Shown in pieces: positions 55,080-64,000 of a stretch of 64,000 bases of DNA. Origin of the DNA: Octopus sinensis. Taxonomy: Eukaryota. The stretch is taken from the NCBI RefSeq assembly GCF_006345805.1, contig NC_043009.1, positions 49,724,001-49,788,000 of the forward strand, given 5' to 3'. The stretch's first letter is position 1. Each line of letters begins with the position of its first letter. Position numbers and translations under genes: made by a program. Below the pieces are notes generated by a model that was given only the letters and a program-made list of their open reading frames with translations, did no database searches and was not told the DNA's origin.

Positions 55080-55667
55080 TTAAGTTAAGTTAAGTTAATT
55101 TTTGGGCTCAAAAAGCAAAAAGCAAGGCCATGTAGGGGGACATGGAGTTATGTACAGGGAGGGTGTTCATGCAAAGAGTTCAGGCCATTTCTGGTCAAGA
55201 GAGACTTTGAACCGAGCGGTCGTCGGCATCTTCACAATCTCGTCCGGCAGCTTATTCCACGGATCCGCAACCCGGACGGAGAAAGCCCCTATCCTTCGAT
55301 TGAGATGAAATCGTCGTCGCAGATAGAGCTTTTCGGGGTGACCCCGCAGCCGACGCTCTGGAGCAGGAGTGAAGAACAGCTCTTTCGAGAGGTTACACTT
55401 TCCGCTTATGATGTTGTGAGCAAGAATGAGATCACCACGGCGTCGTCGTTTTTCTAGAGAATAAAGGTCGAGCGTCTTCAGCCTTTCTTCATAAGACAAA
55501 TGCTTGAAACCAAGAACCATGCGGGTAACCAGCTTCTGGACTCTTTCGAGATGATGTATGTCTTTGAGGAGATAAGGAGAAGAGGCTTGAGTCCCGTACT
55601 CCAATATGGGTCTCACCAGCGTGACATAGAGCGGTAGGAATATGGCTGCTGTGAGCATTCCGAAGTT
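55080..55667 (-). mobile_element. 5'-truncated CR1-clade LINE: ORF2 C-terminus, 3' UTR hairpin and (AACTT)n tail
   Basis: ORF 55167..55658: LYVTLVRPILEYG...W/SSPY...DI..LERVQK..TRM..G...LSYEERL..L.L.SLEKRR.RGDLI...FS.RV...WN.LP is the classic CR1 ORF2 C-terminal signature. 3' UTR hairpin CCATGT-CCCCCT-ACATGG (55128-55145). Tail (AACTT)3. Confidence 0.93.
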
Positions 55668-55691
55668 ACAGGGTACGTAAACAAACTAATA

Positions 55692-55792
55692 CTGGTCGAA
55701 GACACTTGCTCAAGGTGCCGCGCTGTGGGTCTGATTCGGAAAACACCTAGTAGCAAAGTGAGCTTCTTAACCACACAGCCCTGCCTTGCGCC
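55692..55792 (-). mobile_element. Old SINE-B head fragment
   Basis: Reverse complement GGCGCAAGGCAGGGCTGTGTGGTTAAGAAGCTCAC ... GGCACCTTGAGCAAGTGTCTTC. Confidence 0.75.
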
Positions 55793-55881
55793 TATACCCT
55801 AGAGCCAAACGACTTTATTTTGATACATAGAAAGAGAGGGACACTTGGTCAAACGAAAACACTGAAATTATATCATGTATA

Positions 55882-56039
55882 GGCGCAGGAGTGGCTGTGT
55901 GGTAAGTAGCTTGCTAACCAACCACATGATTCCGGGTTCAGTCCCACTGCGTGGCACCTTGGGAGAGTGCCTTCTACTATAGCCTCGGGCCGACCAAAGC
56001 CTTGTGAGTGGATTTGGTAGACGGAAACTAAAAGAAGCC

Positions 56040-56111
<72 letters not shown>

Positions 56112-56325
56112 ATATGTTTGTGTGTCTGTGTTTGTCCCTCTAGCATTGCTTGACAACCGATGCTGGTGTGTTTACGTCCCCGTCACTTAGCGGTTCGGCA
56201 AAAGAGACCGATAGAATAAGTACTGGGCTTACAAAGAATAAGTCCCGGGATCGATTTGCTCGACTAAAGGCGGTGCTCCAGCACGGCCGCAGTCAAATGA
56301 CTGAAACAAGTAAAAGAGTAAAAGA
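55882..56325 (+). mobile_element. SINE family B, full length with long internal (TA)n
   Basis: Full consensus. Short TSD GTATA(G) at 55877-55882 and 56326-56331. Confidence 0.94.
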
Positions 56326-56345
56326 GTATAGTAAGTACAATAACA

Positions 56346-56399
<54 letters not shown>

Positions 56400-56655
56400 C
56401 ACACGCACACACACACGCACGCACGCACGCAAGCATGGATACACACGTGTGCAATACCGGCTGTTTTCCGGTATCGAATTCATTGCTGTTTGTGATCAAT
56501 TCCACTCAAGTACATCTAACTTTTGGGTTTTTTCATCTGAGCAGAGGGCAATGGTTGAAAGGACATCAGTATTAATTCGGCTAGATTTTTTTTTTGTCTT
56601 TTTCTTTTCTTTCTAATTCCAATTAAATTCATAACATTTATTTGTTATTCGTATC

Positions 56656-56710
<55 letters not shown>

Positions 56711-57066
56711 TTTTGTTTTTGTGCACCCTTAACCCAGTTATAAACATTCTGACCCCCCCCCCCCAATATTCCATGTCTAAAAATCAAAAGATATATATAT
56801 ATGCGCAACATACATTTGTGTGTAGCGTATGTTTTGCTTACATGAAATGTAAATGCGGACGTAGGTACGTGTGTGTGCGTGTGTGTACGTGTGTGTGTGT
56901 GTGTGTACGTGTGTGTGTGTGTGTGGTGTGTGTGTGTGTGAGTAGCCGTTTGGTTTAGCGCCGTCTTTCCGTCCTTTTTACACGCTTTTGCTGTCTCAGC
57001 AGTATCCTTTTCCTGCTCTAAAGTGGCAATGTACGACACCAAACTACTCCACCTCACCCACACGGT

Positions 57067-57098
<32 letters not shown>

Positions 57099-57730
57099 CG
57101 ATGCTACTACTAATCCATCCTCACCACCACCACCACCTCTGCATTTCCTCCCCTCCCCCACTCCCCCATCACCACCACCATCATCATTATCGTCACTCGT
57201 GCAACCACCAACACGATTTCATCACCAGTAACACAGACAGACAGACATACATACAACACCAAAGGTGTCGGCAAATATAACTAGGTTACTTCCCTTTGCA
57301 ATAAACCGCAGCCGCCTTCATCGCCCGCATCCTCCACCACAACAAATATCAATATACAAAGAACCACCGTTACCACCGACGACCCTACTGTCAATATACC
57401 ACCACCGCCACCACCACCTACGCTGTCACCAGTGTCATTCAATGACTGACAAAGCTTTTCCTGTTGAAATCAACTTTTATAAGTGAAACAGTAGTTGTAG
57501 TATTGATGGTGTCGGTGGTGGTTCAGACAGAATGTAGGGCGAAGAAGGTGATAGATGAAAGAAAGGGGGGGGAGGGTCTTGATAGAATGTTAGCTGGCAT
57601 TGCAAATGAGTTTGTTATTGTTGTTGTTATTATTGCTTAGTATCTCTCCTACCCCCGGCGCAAATTTGATTGATTAGACTTATGGCAATCATGTTTCAGT
57701 GCCTTCCAGATCCATGGTACTCATTATCGA

Positions 57731-58513
57731 GGCGGCGAGCTGGCAGAATCGTTAGCACGCCGGGCGAAATGTTTAGTGGTATTTCGTCTGCCGTTACGTT
57801 CTGGGTTCAAATTCCGCCGGGGTCGACTTTGCCTTTCATCCTTTCAGGATCGATAAATTAAGTACCAGTTACGCACTGAGGTCGATGTAATCGATTTAAT
57901 CCGTTTGTCTGTCCTTGTTTGTCCCCTCTGTGTTTAGCCCCTTGTGGGTAACAAAGAAATAGGTATTTCGTCTGCCGTTACGTTCTGGGTTCAAATTCCG
58001 CCGGGGTCGACTTTGCCTTTCATCCTTTCGGGGTCGATAAATTAAGTACCAGTTACGCACTGGGGTCGATGTAATCGACTTAATACCTATGTCTGTCCTT
58101 GTTTGTCCCCTCTGTGTTTAGCCCCTTGTGGGTAACAAAGAAATAGGTATTTCGTCTGCCGTTACGTTCTGGGTTCAAATTCCGCCGGGGTCGACTTTGC
58201 CTTTCATCCTTTCGGGGTCGATAAATTAAGTACCAGTTACGCACTGGGGTCGATGTAATCGACTTAATACCTATGTCTGTCCTTGTTTGTCCCCTCTGTG
58301 TTTAGCCCCTTGTGGGTAACAAAGAAATAGGTATTTCGTCTGCCGTTACGTTCTGGGTTCAAATTCCGCCGGGGTCGACTTTGCCTTTCATCCTTTCGGG
58401 GTCGATAAATTAAGTACCAGTTACGCACTGGGGTCGATATAATCGACATAATCCATTTGTCTGTCCTTGTTTGTCCCCTCTGTGTTTAGCCCCTTGTGGG
58501 TAGTAAAGAAAGA
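57731..58513 (+). mobile_element. SINE family A tetramer (47-nt head + 4 x 184-bp units)
   Basis: GGTATTTCG at 57778, 57962, 58146 and 58330 (period 184). A single TSD, GGTACTCAT(T/C)ATCGA, at 57716-57730 and 58514-58528. Confidence 0.95.
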
Positions 58514-58987
58514 GGTACTCATCATCGAGTTCAAAATCACCATGAACTCCAGCAGCATGAAACAGTTTACGATGTATATGTGCTAGTTCAAGCCTAGTGC
58601 TTTATTTCAATTGTACAGCTCGTTTAGCGAAGTCGTTTAACCCCAGGTCTGACCTGGCTGGTTGCTATTTCTAGCAGGTCGAGCGACCGCATACAGACTC
58701 ATTTATAGGGTGTTCATATTTGACAATGTGCATCAATGTTGATTGATCAGACATTAATTACAGCCGTAACCATCCCATCCCGTCCGTTTAAAGGTAAGAA
58801 TATCCTTATTTAAGGTGAGAGGGAATTCGGCTTGTAGCATGTCGAAGTAGGCTTAGTTGGAACACGAGAGCTGTTCGTTCATTCACATGGATCATTAAAC
58901 CATGCGCGTCCTGGAGCCAGGCCCGTCGCCAGATCTAGGTACCTGGGGACGCTTCAGAATATCCTGGTTGGACACTAATTTCTATTC

Positions 58988-59376
58988 TCTCTTTTACTCT
59001 CTTTTACTTGTTTCAGTCATTTGACTGCGGCCATGCTGGAGCACCGCCTTTAGTCGAGCAAATCGACCCCGGGACTTATTCTTTGTAAGCCCAGTACTTA
59101 TTCTATCGGTCTCTTTTGCCGAACCGCTAAGTGATGGGGACGTAAACACACCACCATCGGTTGTCAAGCAATGCTAGGGGGACAAACACAGACACACAAA
59201 CACACACATACATATATATATACATATATACGACAGCCTTCTTTCAGTTTCCGTCTACCAAATCCACTCACAAGGCTTTAGCAGAAGACACTTGCCCAAG
59301 ATGCCACGCAGTGGGACTGAACCCGGAACCATGTGGTTGGTTAGCAAGCTACTTACCACACAACCACTCCTGCGCC
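58988..59376 (-). mobile_element. SINE family B, full length with small internal deletion
   Basis: Reverse complement of the consensus; lacks ~20 nt around GGTCGGCCCGAGGCTATAG. Confidence 0.93.
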
Positions 59377-61184
59377 TATTGCGGGAAGATTTTTGTAAAC
59401 TGTATTTTCTCAATCTGAAGATGCAGCATTGAATAGTGAGTGGGCAGTGCACCCATTTAGCGATGATCATGCCTAGCGTAATGCTTTTCATATGACACAA
59501 GCCTCTCCGGGAAGGGAAGCTATGGAGCTAAAGAAGAGGACGGCAGACAAATTGGCATGCTTGATAAAATTAAATGGTTTTAAACTATTTTGTAATCTTG
59601 TCCAACTCTATAACAGAATCATGAAAGACAATCTCTTTGTGGAACATGTCTTCATAGTACTGCTGAAGGGCTCAAGTGCCTCTGAATGACACTGTATGGA
59701 CTGGCGGTTTATTACAGTGGCACAGTTTCCTGTGGATTTGGTTCCAGTGCAATCTAGAAATGAAGCAAAGCTTTTTAATCTTTAAGATTTGTTACATTTT
59801 GCGGAAAGAATACAAGGATCCAGACTGAACCATCGCGTGTGTGTGTGACGATCATCACCATCATCATTATCATCATATTAACGTGCGTGTTGCTGTTTTT
59901 CTGTAGTTTTACCTTGAATGTTCGTGTTCGCAACATAAGGAGGGAGACACTGACACAAGTCGTATATAAGTGTAAGCCAAAACCAGAAGGAAACAGACAG
60001 AACACTCTTTATTTTTGTGCCTGGAACAAAAAAGCTCGGACGGACGGATACACACACACACACAGTAGGTGACAATTCGTGGCTTCATGAGTTTGCAAAT
60101 GAAAACTGGATTGTGGGCGTTTCAATTTGTTGCACTACAAGGTTTAATGTTATACATTAGATTTTTATACACTATACTCTTGGTGTAACATGTTGTTTTA
60201 ATCTGAGAAAAAAAGAGAGAAAATCTGAATTACCTTCAAGAGTTACAAAGGTAAGGATTGCATGTGCAGTGGAAGTAATTAATGAAACACTGTTAGGTGT
60301 GGTCGATTGGGAGAAAAAGAGATCAGTTGTTAATGTGTGTGAGTGTGTGAAGTTAATTGCCATCTCTAACAATTACCGCTTGTCTTTGCTGAAGTGTTGT
60401 GTGTATAAAGACTTAACGAAAACATGCATTGTCTTCCGAGATGGAAGTATCATAGGCATTTGTAATCTTTGCTGGGAAACTTCCACACATATATGGCCGA
60501 CTGTTTGCAAGTATTCCTAAATATTAAAGAAATAAAATCCAGTGGTTACGAATAACACAGTCAAACGAAGGAATCTCTGGCGAATTGCTTGACATGCTAG
60601 AACTAGCAACCAAATCTTCTTCAACCCATCTACTATCATCGTCTTTAAGAAAGAGAAAACAGTTACTTTTAACATGGAAGAATAGCAGTGGAAAAAAACT
60701 ATGGCTGTCCTAAAATGTGGTTTCGTTCTCTTTGAGGATGGGAAGCGAAGCGGGTTTTCGAATCACCTCAGAGTTACAACTGCTGTTACAAGTGGTGGAA
60801 CAGCAAACTCTGGAACATGTCCTCGCTTTCTTTGTCCTTCCAGCTTTACCGAGCAGATAATTCTCAAGCGGATTTTTTTGTCACATGTGTAACAAATGAG
60901 TTTTCTGCTATGAACGACCAGTCTTTAAGTCTTTTTCCTGCCATCCACTATAGTCGATCGTTATGGGGATATGCGGGTATTAAGTAAGAACTTATATGTC
61001 CTTAGAGGCCCAACTCGACCTCCTATTGTCGAAAGTCACATCAGTGTGGATTAGCTTCTCATTTAGCGCAACGAAAGTATCAACTAGCCGGGTAGCAATG
61101 CCGTCTTTCTATATTTTTTACAGTGATTCCCATGACTTCTCTTTTTTCTTTTTGGTCCCTAAAATTGTGGGAAGGCATGAGACA

Positions 61185-61374
61185 AACTAACTCGGCTGGC
61201 TTCTTCGTGCCACGCATTGAGTCGAAACAGGGGCAGCTGATGAAGGGGAATATTCCTTATATTGTTTGTCTTGTACTCTGTTTTTTTCGTTGTTAAAAAA
61301 AGTCCGTTTCCTTGTTTGATTTTATGTTTTCGTTTCTCGTTGTGTTCTACGTTTATTTGTGATGTCCTGTACTC

Positions 61375-61376
<2 letters not shown>
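61185..61376. mobile_element. Probable retroelement terminal remnant (Penelope-like architecture)
   Basis: A GC-rich head containing GAAAC and CTGATGA words, then a long T-rich tail ending CCTGTACTC(AT)n, the same layout as 25431-25612. No second copy in the window. Confidence 0.35.
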
Positions 61377-61417
<41 letters not shown>

Positions 61418-63798
61418 TATGCATGTATATATACATATAGATGTAGGTATGTACATATAAGGAAAAAGTCCAAAGGAAGAAAAGAAATCGTCAACGGCAC
61501 ATGTGTAGTTACATTACTACATAATATATATATATAGTGCTATATGCCCTTCCTCGCCCTTGAAGATCTCATTGCATACATTAGCATGGGTTGCTTCCAA
61601 ATAATTTTATTTGTTTTAGAGGGTAAAGAACGTCCTCATGGCTTTAACAATGCTCAGTTACAGTTTCAGTCTGTTTTACCTCTGTGAGATAGATTTAAGT
61701 AGAAAAGCATTTGTCTTATTTCTTCATATTTTTCTTTTTAGCATAAAGCTGACTTTCAGTTTTCCTTGCATCTAAATGTGTTATATTTCATTTGTTGCAA
61801 ATCACATTTGCAAAATACAAGAATGGTCCACTACTCAAATTACTATCATTAGAAAATGTAGAATTATTTTTTTGTTGTTTTTCCCAAAAAATATTGCCAG
61901 AAACACTGTCAATGCTTATTTCCCAACAGAAATGTCAATGTTTTTCTCTTCAAAAAATACCTGTATTTCATTGGAAAATTTTCTTGTTAATTTTTTCTTA
62001 GTATTTTTTTGAGAGGTGTTTAATCTTCAAGAAAATAGGTTTCTTCGTGAAGTAAGTTTTGATGGATGTTATGCATTGCAATATTAAGCATGTATGTAAT
62101 CAAGTTGACAAACTAAATTTGCTTCAGAATAAACATTTTTTTTAAAAAATCTTGACTTTGTATTGGCCAAATGTTCAAATACTCCCAATATAAAAAGTAA
62201 ACTGCCCACCAATTATTCTTTGATGTTTAAATCTATCAGAAACCAGAACCTTGAAGAATGATGTCATAAACACTTCCGGACAGGCTTGCAGTCAACAACA
62301 GCAACAACAACAACAACAATAACAATTGTGTTTTCTAATTTAGGTACAGGGCCCAAAATTTTGAGGCAGGGGTTAGTTGACACCAATGTTCCCAGTACTT
62401 GACTGGAACTTTATTTTGTAATAATTTTTTAGTAATAAAAGCTACAAAAATACAACACAGATGAACAAAATATTTGGGTGTGTATGAGGATTTCCAAGCT
62501 CAAGAATACACATTTTGGGGTTTTGAGTAAATCAAACCCCACTAGTACTTCCCATTTTCGATTTTCTATGTAACCCATGAAAAATGTTGCATTTGATCCA
62601 CTTTCTCGACATTCCTTGGAAAATCACATTTATAGCATTACTAAGGTCTTATCATCTCCTCCTACAAATGTGACTACTTCCTCCATCATGTCAACAACAT
62701 CGCCACCACCAGCACCACCAGCATCACCATCACCACCACCACCATCATGTCTCAACCTAATATAGGAAATATCTCTTATAGAACTAATTAAATCATTAAC
62801 AAACTGATGTTCTTAGAAGCAAGCAATCAACAGTTTTCAGCTGCCGCAGATTTGCAAACACCTAAATACTACAACCAAGACAAGATGAATACACACATTT
62901 ATCTTTCAATGGTTTGACACAAAAGTTGAAAGTAGATGTCAACACATCTCATCTTTGCTTGCTCTCTCTCTCTCTCTCTTTCTTTATTTTTTTCTCTCTC
63001 TCTTTACCTCTTACAATCTGTCTATAGAGTTGTTTTTGAATTTAGCAATATAAAAACAACAACAAAATGCACAAGAGCAGCATTTCCATTGTTGCTTGAT
63101 ATCTGAAAATAAAAAAATTTTTTAAAAAAACCCTAAAAAAAAAAAACAACTATCAACTGAATAAAAGAATTTAAAAAAAAATAAAAATGTAAAAAATTAT
63201 CGTTTAAATAAAAAAAAATTCTACTTCAGCATTTTCATCTATTTTTGTAATATTTGTAAAGCTTTTAAGTTTTTTTTTATATGCATCATTTGATGAAGAT
63301 GATGAGGATAAGACACAGGTCAGCATTAAGAGAGAGTTGACCTATGATCAAATGACATTTCAACAACGATCAGCTTCATTTATCTGGGGTTTTTTTTCTT
63401 TTCTAAGGTTGTAGGTAGGCTGGGATTTGAGAGAGATTTGGCTGGTATTTCTAAAAAGATTTATCAACCATATAGATTGATGCTTCTTCATATCAAGTTA
63501 TTTCAATTAATCATGAAATTAAGTATTAAGGTTTGCAGCTAAATTAGTAAATACTCAGCTGTTGTATCTGGCTTTTACTGTTAATAAATAGCAAAGGCAA
63601 TGGTTGACTGGACACAATTGACAAAATAACTGCCTTGCAGTTATTTAGACACATCTCTTTACACTCTGGTTTCAAATTTGAACCCAAGATAAGTTAACTT
63701 TACCTTCCATCTTCCTGGGGTTTATAGAAAAGAACTTGCCAAGTACTGATCTAAATACAATTGATTATTTGCTTTTGTATTTCTATTAAAATTCAACA

Positions 63799-64000
63799 GG
63801 CATAGGAGTGGCTGTGTGGTAAGTAGCTTGCTTATGAACCACATGGTTCTGAGTTTAGTCCCACTGCATGGCATCTTGGGCAAGTGTCTTCTACTATAGC
63901 CTCAGGCTAACCAAAGCCTTGTGAGTGGATTTGGTAGATGGAAGCTGAAAGAAGCCCGTCATATATATATGTGTGTGTGTGTCTGTTTGTGCATCCGTGT
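63799..64000 (+). mobile_element. SINE family B (truncated by window end), CpG-decayed
   Basis: Head GGCATAGGAGTGGCTGTGTGGTAAGTAGC...CTTGGGCAAGTGTCTTCTACTATAGCC...GAAAGAAGCCCGTC. Confidence 0.92.

Noticed and set aside
57778-58513. Regular 184-bp periodic array resembling a CRISPR or satellite array
   Set aside because: There are no unique spacers; the units are SINE-A bodies in a eukaryotic context.
60760-60870. Minus frame ...LEGQRKRGH resembling the RTE ORF C-terminus (EGKRKRGRP)
   Set aside because: Similarity is limited to ~7 residues, and the flanking residues do not fit.
61218-61255. GAAAC and CTGATGA hammerhead words 8 nt apart
   Set aside because: Order and spacing leave no room for stems I and III, and no GAAA follows stem II.

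Overview
This is a non-coding, very repeat-rich eukaryotic window, and I can support no host protein-coding exon, rRNA, genuine tRNA gene or CRISPR array in it. Microsatellite load is extreme: (TA)n, (GATA)n, (CA)n, (AAT)n. The dispersed tRNA-derived SINEs look like those of Octopus or another coleoid cephalopod; that taxon call is from recall and is not verified. Content: SINE family A (~230 bp, head GGCGGCGAGCTGGCAG) as monomers, a dimer, a 4-mer and many decayed relatives; SINE family B (~400 bp, CORE-like, internal microsatellite, ~11 copies or fragments); SINE family C (1 full copy and 1 old relative); two 5'-truncated LINE ORF2 3' ends; a Tc1/mariner-type MITE; Penelope-like terminal remnants, one with a decayed hammerhead ribozyme; and a 100-N scaffold gap. 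Nearly all ORFs in the track are microsatellite or chance ORFs. The most interesting signals are four. (1) SINE-A multimers at two loci share one fixed, self-complementary junction and each sits inside a single target-site duplication. (2) The SINE-B 3' stem-loop covaries with a LINE 3' end present in the same window. (3) CpG drops sharply at ~61.5 kb, and a SINE copy there shows CpG-specific decay. (4) A MITE has captured a SINE fragment.
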